DNA of 64,000 bases. Source: Gammaproteobacteria bacterium (GTDB lineage Bacteria > Pseudomonadota > Gammaproteobacteria > CBDBNL01 > JAAOII01). Under the pieces are notes generated by a model. That model had not been told where the DNA came from and did not search any database. It worked only from the letters and a program-made list of their open reading frames with translations. Shown here piece after piece: positions 36,835-47,313 of this stretch. The number at the start of each line of letters is the position of its first letter. The first letter of the stretch is position 1. The stretch covers positions 1,408,935-1,472,934 of the forward strand of contig OZ242303.1 of the NCBI GenBank assembly GCA_965207945.1. Reading direction: 5' to 3'. The translations under genes and the position numbers were made by a program.

Positions 36835-38472
36835 ATGTCTTTGAAGATATTGCAGGATTATAATCGCCTAATCCAGTCATCGCGAGTTTATGAAACTCTC
36901 AGCGAGACCCCTCTGCAACGAATAAACAACTTTTCCAAACGGTTCAATAAAGAGGTATATCTAAAGCGCGAGGATCTGCTGCCCATATTCTCTTTCAAAC
37001 TGCGCGGTGCCTATAATATGATTGCATCCTTACCTGTTAGCAAAACAAAAAATGGCATAATTGCCGCATCTGCTGGCAACCATGCGCAGGGAGTGGCAAT
37101 GTCAGCAGAGCAGCTTGGGATTAAGGCAACTATTGTAATGCCCGTCTCCACGCCCGAAACCAAAGTTAAGTCGGTGCGCTCGTATAAAGCGAACTTGATT
37201 CTTAAAGGTGATACTTTTGATGAAGCGTTTCAACACACCCAATCGCTTATCAAGGAAAATGGCTACACATATATACCACCCTTCAACGATCCACAAATCA
37301 TAGCTGGGCAGGGCACCATTGGAGCTGAGATAATCCGCCAACAGCAGCAACGCGTAGATGCGGTGTTTGTTCCGGTCGGCGGCGGCGGTCTAATAGCTGG
37401 CATAGGCGCATATATAAAGTATGTTAATCCAAAAGTTAAGATAATTGGGGTAGAGCCAGAGGATGCCGCCAGTATGACCATTGCCCTCAAGAACAAAAGA
37501 GTTACCACTTTGCCGCATGTTGGCATATTTGCCGATGGAGTAGCTGTTAATAGAGTTGGCAGCGAGTGCTTTAAGTTGGCGCGCCAGTGCATTGATGGGA
37601 TGATAACCGTAACTACGGATGAGATATGCGCCGCCACGAAGGATATTTTTGAAGATACTCGCGTTCTTGCCGAGCCAGCGGGCGCTGTCGCATTAGCTGG
37701 AGTGCGCAAATATTGTGAGAACGGTTCGGATTGGCGCGGGCTTGATGGGTTTAATGGACAGCAACGAAACAAAACTGGTGGCAGGGTTGGCAGCAAAGCA
37801 GCAAGCAAAAGCAACTCAGCTGCATCCTCGTCATCCACCGAGCATCTGGTAGCAATTCTTTCTGGCGCCAATACGGACTTTGACCGCTTGCGTCATATAG
37901 CCGAACGCACCGACATAGGTGAGCAACGAGAAGGGTTATTCGCGGTGACTATCCCTGAGAAGCCAGGAAGCTTTCGCCGTTTTTGCAGTTTACTGCACAA
38001 GTACAACATAACTGAATTTAACTATAGATATAGCCGCTCTGCTCAGGCACATATTTTTGTTGGAGTGCGGATTAAGAGTAGAAATGATATTGACCAGATA
38101 CTGGATAAACTACGCAAGATTAACTTTCCTGCTTATGATATGACATCCAACGAAATGGCTAAACTACATATTAGATATATGGTGGGAGGTATTCCCCCTA
38201 CTCCGCCTGAGAATGAGATTATCTTTAGGTTTGAGTTTCCTGAAAGACCAGGGGCTTTGCTACACTTTTTGCAGAAGCTTAACCCCAAGTGGAATATTTC
38301 TTTGTTTAACTATCGCAATCACGGAGCGGCTTATGGCAGAGTGCTGGCGGGAATGCAGGTGCCAGCAAATGAGAGGAATATGTTGTATAGGTACTTGAAG
38401 GATCTTGGCTTTACCTTTTATCCAGAGACGGATAATGAGGCATATAATATATTTTTGCGAAGTATAAGCTAG
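36835..38472 (+). CDS. ilvA: Biosynthetic threonine dehydratase with a Ser/Ala/Lys-rich insertion
   Basis: PLP lysine context (FSFKLRGAYN), a GGGGL loop and C-terminal ACT-like regulatory repeats. It has a ~30 aa low-complexity insert. Confidence 0.9.
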   Translation: MSLKILQDYNRLIQSSRVYETLSETPLQRINNFSKRFNKEVYLKREDLLPIFSFKLRGAYNMIASLPVSKTKNGIIAASAGNHAQGVAMSAEQLGIKATIVMPVSTPETKVKSVRSYKANLILKGDTFDEAFQHTQSLIKENGYTYIPPFNDPQIIAGQGTIGAEIIRQQQQRVDAVFVPVGGGGLIAGIGAYIKYVNPKVKIIGVEPEDAASMTIALKNKRVTTLPHVGIFADGVAVNRVGSECFKLARQCIDGMITVTTDEICAATKDIFEDTRVLAEPAGAVALAGVRKYCENGSDWRGLDGFNGQQRNKTGGRVGSKAASKSNSAASSSSTEHLVAILSGANTDFDRLRHIAERTDIGEQREGLFAVTIPEKPGSFRRFCSLLHKYNITEFNYRYSRSAQAHIFVGVRIKSRNDIDQILDKLRKINFPAYDMTSNEMAKLHIRYMVGGIPPTPPENEIIFRFEFPERPGALLHFLQKLNPKWNISLFNYRNHGAAYGRVLAGMQVPANERNMLYRYLKDLGFTFYPETDNEAYNIFLRSIS

Positions 38473-38523
38473 GCATGGGTTAGGAAGAAGTTAGGTGGGA
38501 GTTGGGAAGAAATTAAGATGTGG

Positions 38524-39213
38524 CTAGGATGCTTTTTTACAATCCAGCCATCCTTTCTCGGTTACTACATAATCCATCCGTACATCCAAAGGTGATGTCT
38601 TAACATGTTTGACTTGTTGAAAGCTAAACGCCACCCCAATTAATAAAGGTCTTCTGCCGCTCGCTTGCCCAGATAAACCCCGAGTCCACCCCTTATCCAA
38701 CCCCTTATTCAAGCCGCCACAAAAAGAAAATGCTCTATCATAGTAACCGCCGCCCATTCCTAGACGATTGCCTTGTGCGTCAAAAGCGGTTAAAGGCATA
38801 AACACCGCGCTAAGCGTCCACAAGGGAACTCGTCTCCCGTAAGGAAGCGCTGGCTCATAGATGCCATAGCGGTTACTCATCCACGCGCCACTTTCTCTAT
38901 CAACCTCATCATTAAAGGGTAAAAAATGCATGCTTTCGCCCAGTCCTTTTATGTTGCCTTCCACAACAGGAGCATAGCATTGTTTATTGCGCTGTAGTGC
39001 CTCATGGATTAACATATATAAGTTCACCTCCTTACCAACAGACATGTATAGCCCTATCCGTTTGCTGCGGAGGAATATGCCGCTGGATATTATCTTGCGG
39101 CTTACGGCATAAGAGTTGTTCTTGTGCGCAGCTGCTCCCATATTGCTGCGCTGTTGAATTAGCCGCTTACGTAGCTGGACTTTATTGTCCGTAACGGGAG
39201 TTTTCTGCGGCAA
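38524..39213 (-). CDS. 5-formyltetrahydrofolate cyclo-ligase
   Basis: Family signature GMGGGYYDR near the C-terminus and a K-rich N-terminus. Confidence 0.7.
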   Translation of the reverse strand: MPQKTPVTDNKVQLRKRLIQQRSNMGAAAHKNNSYAVSRKIISSGIFLRSKRIGLYMSVGKEVNLYMLIHEALQRNKQCYAPVVEGNIKGLGESMHFLPFNDEVDRESGAWMSNRYGIYEPALPYGRRVPLWTLSAVFMPLTAFDAQGNRLGMGGGYYDRAFSFCGGLNKGLDKGWTRGLSGQASGRRPLLIGVAFSFQQVKHVKTSPLDVRMDYVVTEKGWLDCKKAS

Positions 39214-39805
39214 GATATTTTGTTTCTTCCTCTGTAGATCTTCTGCCTAACACCTCATTGCGATGAGGAAAGCGTCCAAAACGAGAAATTATTGTAAGGT
39301 GGTCGCGCGCCATTTTAAGGGAAAGGTTGGCTACTTCATACTGTTCCCTGCTTGATTTATCTAAAAGACCACGATAGAGAGAAACCGATTTATTTTGTGC
39401 CTGTTCATCCTCGCGATGTTCATAAGGCAGATAGCAGAATATCTTTTCGCAAAAATGCATGTCCCTATCATATCCTGCTGCTACTGTTGCTTGGGCTATT
39501 TCAAATGCCTTACTATCATAAGCAAAAGCGCGTTCAGTTTTACGATGAATTTGGCGGGAGAATTGGTCCAAAATAATTATCAATACCAGTGAGCCCTGCG
39601 GGCTATCACGCCATTCGTCCAGGTCTCCCCGTGAAGCCGCCTCCAGTAAGTCGGAGTATTTTTCGGTTATTTCTTTGTCTACGTCCTGGGAGAAACCAAA
39701 CCAGAATTTAAGTTGTTCTTCTGTAGGGGCATCAGTTTTATTTGCCATGTTACCAAACCAAAAATAATGGATATCATGAAGCAGTTGATGATTGTATTCA
39801 GTCAT
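39182..39805 (-). CDS. DUF924-family protein
   Basis: The ILDFWFG-like N-terminus (IHYFWFGN) is typical of DUF924. The start is moved to the internal Met. Confidence 0.45.
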   Translation of the reverse strand: MTEYNHQLLHDIHYFWFGNMANKTDAPTEEQLKFWFGFSQDVDKEITEKYSDLLEAASRGDLDEWRDSPQGSLVLIIILDQFSRQIHRKTERAFAYDSKAFEIAQATVAAGYDRDMHFCEKIFCYLPYEHREDEQAQNKSVSLYRGLLDKSSREQYEVANLSLKMARDHLTIISRFGRFPHRNEVLGRRSTEEETKYLAAENSRYGQ

Positions 39806-39831
39806 AATGGAGATTATTATAGCATCCCGCC

Positions 39832-41286
39832 TTACATAAAGCTGCTGTTTATGAATAGGTGAGTTAGGATGGATGCTATATAGCCAAGCATTATTACTGG
39901 TGCCCATTTAAGATGTCCAAAAAAAGTGTACATGCCGCGTGCTTGTCCCAGCAAGGCAACCCCAGCTGCCGAACCAGTTGCCAACAAACTACCTCCCACT
40001 CCAGCGGTAAGGGTAACCAACAGCCATTGCCCTTCACTCATAGTCGGGTCCATATTTAGCACTGCAAACATAACTGGTATATTATCTAAGATTGCAGAAA
40101 ATATTCCTACCAGGGCATTGGCTATTGTTGGACTAAAAACTCCATAAGTATTCAATGACAATAACTCTAAATATCCTAAAAATCCCAGTCCACCAATGCA
40201 CATTACCACCCCATAGAAAAAGATTAACGTATCCCACTCTGATTTTGCCACACGACTAAAAACATCAAAAGGAACTATAGCTCCCATACGCACAAACTCA
40301 TCAGATGTAATTTGGGCTTTGGCAGCTTTCCTCGCTATGGAGCGTGGTAAGGTTTTGCGCAGGAAGTAACCAAAAAACTGCAAATAACTTAAGCCCATCA
40401 TCATTCCCACTGCAGGCGGCAGATGAAACTGGGCATGAAAGATAACCGATGTAACTATGGTTAGAAAAAACAGGAAAATAATCCGAAAGGCGCCACGTTT
40501 TATCTCCACTTTTTCTGCTTTCTGCTTAGGTGCATGCTTGGTAATGAAGAAACTCATAATGGTGGAGGGGATTATAAAATTAACCAATGACGGAACAAAT
40601 AAAATTAAAAACTCAAAGAATGGTACCTTGCCTGCCTGCCAAACCATTAGAGTAGTGATATCGCCAAACGGACTAAAGGCACCGCCAGCATTTGCTGCCA
40701 CCACTGTATTGATACAAGCAAGGTTTATGAATTTTTTATCCTTTCCCCCTACTGCTATAATAACTCCGCACATCAACAATGCTGTCGTGAGATTATCGGC
40801 AAATGGAGATATAAAAAATGACAATAAACCAGTCATCCAAAAAATACCTCTCATCCCAAAGCCCTTATGCACAAGCCACGACTTCAATGCCAAGAACAAA
40901 CGTCTTTCTTCCATAGCATTTATATATGTCATCGCCACTAACAAAAATAGCAGCAACTCGGCATAATCCAGAATATTTCTTTCAAGCGCCTCCTCCACTA
41001 AGTGAGATAAGCCGGTTCCCGAGTACATCCAAGCAATGACAGCCCAGATAACTCCAGCGCAAAGTAGCACTGGTTTAGATTTACGCATATTGGTATACTC
41101 TTCCAGCATCACCAGAATATACGCAGCGAAGAAAATTATCAAGCAAAGTATCGCCACAGGATGATAGACAAGGTCAAGCGGTGTCGTTAAATCCAAAGGA
41201 GCTGTTGCAGCAATTGCTGTTGTTGGGATTATTAACCCAGCTATAGCTGCAGCCAATATCAAGAATGTATTAATTAATTTATCCAT
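39832..41286 (-). CDS. nhaD: NhaD/ArsB-superfamily Na+/H+ antiporter
   Basis: 484-aa ORF with about 12 TM helices and a duplicated transporter fold. Confidence 0.65.
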   Translation of the reverse strand: MDKLINTFLILAAAIAGLIIPTTAIAATAPLDLTTPLDLVYHPVAILCLIIFFAAYILVMLEEYTNMRKSKPVLLCAGVIWAVIAWMYSGTGLSHLVEEALERNILDYAELLLFLLVAMTYINAMEERRLFLALKSWLVHKGFGMRGIFWMTGLLSFFISPFADNLTTALLMCGVIIAVGGKDKKFINLACINTVVAANAGGAFSPFGDITTLMVWQAGKVPFFEFLILFVPSLVNFIIPSTIMSFFITKHAPKQKAEKVEIKRGAFRIIFLFFLTIVTSVIFHAQFHLPPAVGMMMGLSYLQFFGYFLRKTLPRSIARKAAKAQITSDEFVRMGAIVPFDVFSRVAKSEWDTLIFFYGVVMCIGGLGFLGYLELLSLNTYGVFSPTIANALVGIFSAILDNIPVMFAVLNMDPTMSEGQWLLVTLTAGVGGSLLATGSAAGVALLGQARGMYTFFGHLKWAPVIMLGYIASILTHLFINSSFM

Positions 41287-41358
41287 AATAGTTTTCTGTT
41301 ACCTTGTATATTATCCCCCTCATGCTATATCTCATGTTATATCTTGTCATTATAAAGA

Positions 41359-41961
41359 TTAATCATCGCCTAACTCCGCCATCTTTGCTTCATATTTGAC
41401 AACAAAATCTTTAATTCTGTCATCCTTGCCTATAATAAACGGCTCAGACAATTTTGGCTTAATAAATGCAAATGGGTAAGGCATTTTTGTTTTATCCCAA
41501 GTGCTATTGATACGAAATCCTTTATAGCTAAAACGACAAGCATATACGGGAATCTGTTTGCGTTTAGCAACAACGAATATTCCTGCTTTCGCCTTTCTCC
41601 GCGGACCGCGCGAACCATCTACCGCCATCACAATGCAGTGATTATCATACTTCATCAGACCATACACTCCAGCTACTGCAGATTCACGTTTACCGCTGGA
41701 AAATCTTAAGGGGGTAATATTTAAGGATTTTGCTAATGGCATAGAAATAGCGCTTGCATCTTTACTCGGGCTAACGAGAGTAACAGAATTATAATGAGAG
41801 ATGAACTTTGCTGCAGGTAAAATCTCTTCATGCCAAATAGCTATAATACATGGCTTGGGGGGGCGCTTGACTGTATACCTTAAGCTACGCACCAGCAAAG
41901 GCATTATCCGTGCCAGGATTTTTCGCTGCCTTTCTTTTCGCTGTGCTTTATTTTTTGGCAT
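41359..41961 (-). CDS. DUF374 / lysophospholipid-acyltransferase-superfamily protein
   Basis: IWHEEIL plus MAVDGSRGPRR segments typical of DUF374 proteins, which are often found near Kdo/lipid A genes. Confidence 0.5.
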   Translation of the reverse strand: MPKNKAQRKERQRKILARIMPLLVRSLRYTVKRPPKPCIIAIWHEEILPAAKFISHYNSVTLVSPSKDASAISMPLAKSLNITPLRFSSGKRESAVAGVYGLMKYDNHCIVMAVDGSRGPRRKAKAGIFVVAKRKQIPVYACRFSYKGFRINSTWDKTKMPYPFAFIKPKLSEPFIIGKDDRIKDFVVKYEAKMAELGDD

Positions 41962-41972
41962 AGTTCATTTGC

Positions 41973-42746
41973 TTAGAATATTTTCTCATCGGCTGATTTA
42001 GTTAACACTTGGCAATTACCAGCAGCGGTAATTAAAACCGTGTGTTCCCATTGGGCAGACAAACTATTATCCTGGGTTACTACAGTCCAGTCATCGCTGA
42101 GGGTACGAGTTGCATAATCGCCAGAATTTATCATCGGCTCAATAGTAAAACACATCCCTTCTTGTAGTTTAACTCCTGTTCCTTTTTTGCCATAATGTAA
42201 CACCTGCGGCTCACAGTGAAAATCCTTGCCTATGCCATGTCCGCAATAATCACGCACTACGGAAAAGCCAGCACTCTCAGCATAATTTTGAATAGCTGCC
42301 CCCACGTCTCCTAAATGGTTGCCTGCCTTCACTTGTCTTATTCCTGCATAAAGAGCTTGGAGGGTTTCCTCCACTAACCGTTTAGCAAAAGGGTTTACTT
42401 TGCCAACACAAAACATGCGGCTGCTATCACCATAGTAGCCATCTTTAATTATTGCAACATCCACATTGATGATGTCGCCAGACGACAAAGTTTTATCCGA
42501 ATTTGGAATGCCATGGCACACAACATTATTTACCGAAGTACAAATTGATTTAGGAAAACCCATGTAGCCCAAGCTAGCAGGCACTGCGTCTTCTTCATTA
42601 ACCATATAGTTGTGGCATAAGTCATTAATCTCATCGGTTGAAATGCCTGGACGGATTGATGAAGAAATAAAATCCAGAGTGCGCACGACAATATCAGCTG
42701 CCAGCTGCATAGCGGCAATATCTTCCGGAGTATTAATTAGTTTCAT
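41973..42746 (-). CDS. map: Type I methionine aminopeptidase
   Basis: INTPEDIAAM N-terminus and metal ligands (D..D..H..E..E pattern; FTIEPM). The start is moved to MKLINTPED. Confidence 0.85.
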   Translation of the reverse strand: MKLINTPEDIAAMQLAADIVVRTLDFISSSIRPGISTDEINDLCHNYMVNEEDAVPASLGYMGFPKSICTSVNNVVCHGIPNSDKTLSSGDIINVDVAIIKDGYYGDSSRMFCVGKVNPFAKRLVEETLQALYAGIRQVKAGNHLGDVGAAIQNYAESAGFSVVRDYCGHGIGKDFHCEPQVLHYGKKGTGVKLQEGMCFTIEPMINSGDYATRTLSDDWTVVTQDNSLSAQWEHTVLITAAGNCQVLTKSADEKIF

Positions 42747-43356
42747 CAGCGTATTCAGTATATATAGTGCGTCCGCTAAGGGCACGGGCGATAGTTCCGC
42801 CATCAATATATTCTAACTCTCCTCCCATTGGCACCCCATGGGCAATGCGGGTTATCCGCATCTGCGGCATATTGGCTAATCTTTGTTTAATATAATGAGC
42901 GGTGATTTCTCCTTCCACGGTTGGATTAGTTGCCAGAATAACCTCAGTACAGTCACTTTCTTTAAGCATAGTATCAAGCATATCCAGTCCAAGCTGTTCG
43001 GGACCCACATCATCCATAGGCGAGAGATGCCCATGCAACACAAAATAATAACCCTTATAGCTGCCACTTTTTTCAACCGCCATAACATCAATAGGCGATT
43101 CCACCACACAGATTTGTTTATTGCGCCCTTCATCATTACATATTTCACACAAGGGTTGTTCGGAAAAGTTGCGACATCTTTTGCATTCGGATACGCGGGT
43201 AAGGGCAAGGTCAAGATTCTCTGCCATACGATGTCCCAAAGGGCGATTGTTAGCCAGCAGATAAAGGACAATTCTTTGCGCGGTGCGTGGTCCTATGCCA
43301 GGCAGACCGCACAGGGTATCAATTAAGTTACTGATAGATTTACTAAATTCCGTCAT
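42733..43356 (-). CDS. recR: Recombination protein RecR
   Basis: HhH (LPGIGPRTAQRI), a C4 zinc finger (CKRC...CEIC) and a Toprim domain. Confidence 0.9.
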   Translation of the reverse strand: MTEFSKSISNLIDTLCGLPGIGPRTAQRIVLYLLANNRPLGHRMAENLDLALTRVSECKRCRNFSEQPLCEICNDEGRNKQICVVESPIDVMAVEKSGSYKGYYFVLHGHLSPMDDVGPEQLGLDMLDTMLKESDCTEVILATNPTVEGEITAHYIKQRLANMPQMRITRIAHGVPMGGELEYIDGGTIARALSGRTIYTEYADETN

Positions 43357-43375
43357 TTAGGATGACTCGTATATC

Positions 43376-43684
43376 TTATAAAGGAAAATTTATTCCCGCT
43401 GGAAGCCCTAAAAGTTTTTTCTGTTTTTCTGCCACTTCATTCTTAACCTTTGCTGCAGTGACGTTTACTGCCGAAGCAATTAATGACTCCAACACATCTT
43501 TGTCTTCTTGCAATGCCTCATCGCTGATGTGAATGTTTAGCACTTCGCTATTACCATTCATCTCCACTTTAACCATTCCGCCACCAGATTCTCCTTCAAT
43601 GCGCAGCGACTTCATCTCTTTTTGGATACCATCCATCTTCTGCTTCATTTCTTCCGCTTGCTGCATTATTTGTTTTAAGTCCAT
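43376..43684 (-). CDS. ybaB: Nucleoid-associated protein YbaB/EbfC
   Basis: 102-aa ORF with MQQAEEMKQKM...GGGMVKVEMNG. It is in the conserved dnaX-ybaB-recR order. Confidence 0.85.
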   Translation of the reverse strand: MDLKQIMQQAEEMKQKMDGIQKEMKSLRIEGESGGGMVKVEMNGNSEVLNIHISDEALQEDKDVLESLIASAVNVTAAKVKNEVAEKQKKLLGLPAGINFPL

Positions 43685-43699
43685 AATTATATTACTCGG

Positions 43700-45517
43700 T
43701 TAGGGTGTGTTTTCATCATCTGCGGCAATTGAACGAACCGAAGCTTCGTTTAGTTCGCCATCATATTTATTGACTATAGTATTGATAATAGGTTCTTGGT
43801 GCACTTTCTCTACTAATTCTTTATGCTTTTTATTGATTATCATAGATGGAGTATTTTCTGCGGGACCCACCTCCACTTCAATACTAATCTGTTGCATAAT
43901 TTCTCTACTTATTGCCTGTTCTATAGAAGTTATCATTTCATCGGTTAATCTTTCCCACACATTGGATTGACAACTCAATATCCAAATGCCACCGCGAATG
44001 TCCACTAATCTGGTGTCACGAATTAATGAAACACCTAAGCCCTCCAGGTTAATTGAGTCCACTAACATAGCCCAATTATCTGCTTGGGTATAATCTGGAG
44101 CAGAGGGCGGGGGGGATTTAATAGAGGGAGAGGCCGCTGGTTGGGGCTCTGCTGCCGCCGCGGATTCTGCCGCTGCTTCAGGTTGCTCTACTTCAGGTTC
44201 TACTGCTGCGGATTCTGTCGCTACCTCAACTTCTACTGCTGCGGATTCTGCCGCTGCTTCAGGTTCTGCCGCGGGCTGTGATTCGGGTTGAGATTCAGCT
44301 GACGATTCTTCTTGCTGTTCAGGTTCGGCTTGTGCTGGTGGTTGTGATTCGGATTGGGGCTCGGCTGGTTGCACCGGCGTTTCAGTTTTTTCTGGCACAG
44401 GGGCAACATAACGTGGTGGAGTGCTGTTCTTGTTTGCCAAAGAATTAGCAAGAGGTTGCATTGATAACATTCTTATTAGCCCCATCTCTGTTCCTTGACG
44501 CGGTGAAGACGCCCAAGGCAACTCTTTTTTACACATCAGCGCAATCTGATAATAAAGCTGTAATTCCTCTGGAGTAAACTTGTTCGCCAAAGCAGCGAGT
44601 TCGTTGTTATCTGCATCGGCAGCACCTAAGGTTAAAATGGATAACTCTTGAATCGCTTCCATTATGCTATCCCATAATTCAGTAAAATCACCTCCCTCTT
44701 CTTCCATCTGTTTTATTGCGTTTAGCAATGAATCTAAATCACCTTGCGCCACATATTCCAGCAATTCTTCTGCCGGCAACATCCCCGACACCCCTAACAT
44801 ATCTGCCACCTTAGTTGCTTCAAGGTCATTGTTGCAATAGGCAATTGCTTGGTCGGTCAAGCTCAAGGCATCTCTCATACTTCCAGCAGCATAATAAGAA
44901 ATCAGGTCAAGGGAATCGTCATCAAACTTCACTTCCTCTTGCGGCAATATTTCACGCAACCTGTCGGCTATCATCTCCTTTGAGATTGCTTTGAGGTTAA
45001 ACCTCAAGCAGCGAGACATCACTGTAACTGGAATTTTTTGTGGCTCGGTAGTGGCAAATAAAAATATAATATGTGATGGTGGTTCTTCCAATGTCTTAAG
45101 CAAGGCATTAAAACTATGATTGGAAAGCATGTGCACTTCGTCAATCAAATAAATCTTATACTTACCTTTAGTGGGAGCAAATTGCATATCTCCTAACAGG
45201 TCGCGGGTATCCTCAACCTTAGTTCGCGAGGCGGCATCAACTTCTATTAAGTCGGCATAATTGCCCATATCTATGCCTTTACAAGTGGGACACTCATTAC
45301 ATGGTTGAGCGCTGACGCCCTTGTCGCAACAAAAACACTTAGCGAGGACGCGGGCGACTGTAGTTTTACCTATTCCACGAGTGCCGCAAAAAAGATAGGC
45401 ATGATGAAGACGGTTGGACTGCAACGCATTGGTTAGCGTGCGGGTAATATGCTCTTGCCCTACCAATTGACTAAAACTATTGGGACGCCACTTAAGTGCC
45501 AAAACACGGGAGTGCAT
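43700..45517 (-). CDS. dnaX: DNA polymerase III subunits tau/gamma
   Basis: AAA+ Walker A (GTRGIGKTT), a Zn module (CNECPTC) and SRC. It has a long Pro/Glu/Ala-rich linker. Confidence 0.9.
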   Translation of the reverse strand: MHSRVLALKWRPNSFSQLVGQEHITRTLTNALQSNRLHHAYLFCGTRGIGKTTVARVLAKCFCCDKGVSAQPCNECPTCKGIDMGNYADLIEVDAASRTKVEDTRDLLGDMQFAPTKGKYKIYLIDEVHMLSNHSFNALLKTLEEPPSHIIFLFATTEPQKIPVTVMSRCLRFNLKAISKEMIADRLREILPQEEVKFDDDSLDLISYYAAGSMRDALSLTDQAIAYCNNDLEATKVADMLGVSGMLPAEELLEYVAQGDLDSLLNAIKQMEEEGGDFTELWDSIMEAIQELSILTLGAADADNNELAALANKFTPEELQLYYQIALMCKKELPWASSPRQGTEMGLIRMLSMQPLANSLANKNSTPPRYVAPVPEKTETPVQPAEPQSESQPPAQAEPEQQEESSAESQPESQPAAEPEAAAESAAVEVEVATESAAVEPEVEQPEAAAESAAAAEPQPAASPSIKSPPPSAPDYTQADNWAMLVDSINLEGLGVSLIRDTRLVDIRGGIWILSCQSNVWERLTDEMITSIEQAISREIMQQISIEVEVGPAENTPSMIINKKHKELVEKVHQEPIINTIVNKYDGELNEASVRSIAADDENTP

Positions 45518-45942
45518 CAGAAGGGTTTAGTTACTGCCAGTAGGACGATAATTATCAAAAAAACCGTTGGTATTTCGTTAAACAAACGAAAAAACCGAGC
45601 ACTTTTATTGTTTGTGCCAGCAGCAAGAGAACGGAGGTATCTGCCACAGACAATATGATATGCTAATAAACAAAAAACCAATAAAAGCTTGACATGCAAC
45701 CAGCCGTTGGATGCAACTGATGGGTTAAGGAACAGCAATGTGAAACCAAGAATAAACACCGCGGCAACCGCAGGATTCATTATGAAGCGATAGAGACGCT
45801 TTTCCATTAAGGCAAGTTGTCCTTGCACCTTGCCATCATCACTTGCTGCGTGATAAGCAAATAGCCGCGGCAGATATAACAAGCCAGCGAACCAGGCAAC
45901 TATGGAAATAATATGAAATGCCTTAAGCAATAGATACAGCAT
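45517..45942 (-). CDS. hemJ: Protoporphyrinogen IX oxidase HemJ (UPF0093/CopD-like)
   Basis: 141-aa ORF with 4 TM helices and the HemJ-typical N-terminus (KAFHIISIVAWFAGL). Confidence 0.65.
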   Translation of the reverse strand: MLYLLLKAFHIISIVAWFAGLLYLPRLFAYHAASDDGKVQGQLALMEKRLYRFIMNPAVAAVFILGFTLLFLNPSVASNGWLHVKLLLVFCLLAYHIVCGRYLRSLAAGTNNKSARFFRLFNEIPTVFLIIIVLLAVTKPF

Positions 45943-45945
45943 ATT

Positions 45946-46854
45946 TTAGTGACTTTTAACTGTCTTGTAACCTGGTGGTAACTCTTCATTATCTGCAAAC
46001 TCCTCTATTTTGTAACATTCCTCATGTTCTAAAAGTTTACGGATAAGAGAGTTATTAACCATGTGTCCGGACTTATAGCCACGAAACTCTCCTATGATGT
46101 TATATCCAATAAGATGCAAGTCGCCAATGGCATCCAACACCTTATGATGAAGCAGCTCTTTGGGATGCCTGAGCCCTTCTTTATTGACAATTTTTTCATC
46201 ATCCAACAACACCGCATTCTTAAAAGTCCCGCCTAAAGCGCGGTTTTCTTTTTGCAACCTTTCCAAATCCCGAGTAAAACCAAAGGTGCGTGAACGGCTC
46301 AGCTCTTTTATGAAAGATGTATTGGAGAACTCTATTGAAGTTTTATGATGTTTATCCGCAAAAAATGGATGGTCAAAATCTATTTCCATAGTTATACGAT
46401 AGCCGTTATAAGGCAGAAACTGTCCAACTTTATCTTCAAAGCGAAACTCAACTGGTTTGATAATGCGCAGATATTTTTTGGGGTCTTCCTGCTCTGCCAC
46501 CCCGCATGATTGCAATAAGAATATATAGTTAGAAGCGCTGCCATCCATTATGGGAATTTCCTCGTTATCCACATTAACATAAGCATTATCAATTCCCATG
46601 CCAGCAAAGGCAGAAATTAGATGCTCAACCGTGCAGACGGATATATCCTTTGAACTTATCTCGGTGGACAAAATAGTGCGATGCACATTTAATGCATGGG
46701 CTTTTATTTCTATGTTTGGGTCAACATCAATTCTACGAAACACTATCCCTGTTCCTGGCGGGGCTGGGAAAAGCTCAATGTTTATATTCTTGCCAGTATG
46801 TAATCCCACGCCGGATGCCTTTATACTGGAGCGAATAGTTCTTTGTTTAATCAT
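45946..46854 (-). CDS. lpxC: UDP-3-O-acyl-N-acetylglucosamine deacetylase
   Basis: MIKQRTIRSSIKASGVGLHTG N-terminus and HHxxxD-like zinc ligands (LLHHKVLDAIGD). Confidence 0.9.
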   Translation of the reverse strand: MIKQRTIRSSIKASGVGLHTGKNINIELFPAPPGTGIVFRRIDVDPNIEIKAHALNVHRTILSTEISSKDISVCTVEHLISAFAGMGIDNAYVNVDNEEIPIMDGSASNYIFLLQSCGVAEQEDPKKYLRIIKPVEFRFEDKVGQFLPYNGYRITMEIDFDHPFFADKHHKTSIEFSNTSFIKELSRSRTFGFTRDLERLQKENRALGGTFKNAVLLDDEKIVNKEGLRHPKELLHHKVLDAIGDLHLIGYNIIGEFRGYKSGHMVNNSLIRKLLEHEECYKIEEFADNEELPPGYKTVKSH

Positions 46855-46967
46855 TTAAAAATAGTTTCAATAACGATAGTTTAATTTAGTTGCTTATTTG
46901 GTATTTTATGCGTATTTTGTGTGTATATGGGGTAAATCTAAACAAAAATTGGAGTAAATAGTGATTG

Positions 46968-47291
46968 TTATTTAACTTGGATGCGGACTTGGATGCTTTC
47001 TAAATCCCTAAATTGTGGGTGCTGGCGTAAGAGTTGGACGTATTCATCGGCAGAGTACTTAATAGAGCTGGCACTAGCGGCATTGTTACAAAAGACAGAT
47101 AATTCACCATTTTTATATTGCGCCAGGGTGGCTGAAGAACGAAACTCAGCAGGGATGATTTGGTGGAATATCTCCTCAAGTTGTTGCATTATTTTGTGAT
47201 GGCGCAGCAGGTCGTCTTGTTTGTTAGCAGTGTATGAACGGCTGCTTTGCGCCAGAGTCAATAAGCCGCTTCGTTTACCTTTATAAAACAT
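46968..47291 (-). CDS. DciA/DUF721-family protein
   Basis: The C-terminal half (ATLAQYKNGELSVFCNNAASASSIKYSADEYVQLLRQ) matches DUF721. The start is moved to an internal Met to avoid a 64 bp overlap with prfA. Confidence 0.45.
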   Translation of the reverse strand: MFYKGKRSGLLTLAQSSRSYTANKQDDLLRHHKIMQQLEEIFHQIIPAEFRSSATLAQYKNGELSVFCNNAASASSIKYSADEYVQLLRQHPQFRDLESIQVRIQVK

Positions 47292-47313
47292 CCTTATAAA
47301 ACATCTAAGATTA

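Noticed and set aside
37263-37871. 202-aa minus-strand ORF inside ilvA
   Set aside because: It is antisense to a well-supported ilvA reading frame, its composition is Ala/Pro/Ser-rich typical of a GC-skewed shadow frame, and it has no homology.
44084-44451. ORFs 44084..44281 (+) and 44233..44451 (-) with Arg/Cys/Gly-rich or Asn/Pro-rich products
   Set aside because: They fall within the repetitive linker-coding region of dnaX and are artefacts of low-complexity DNA.
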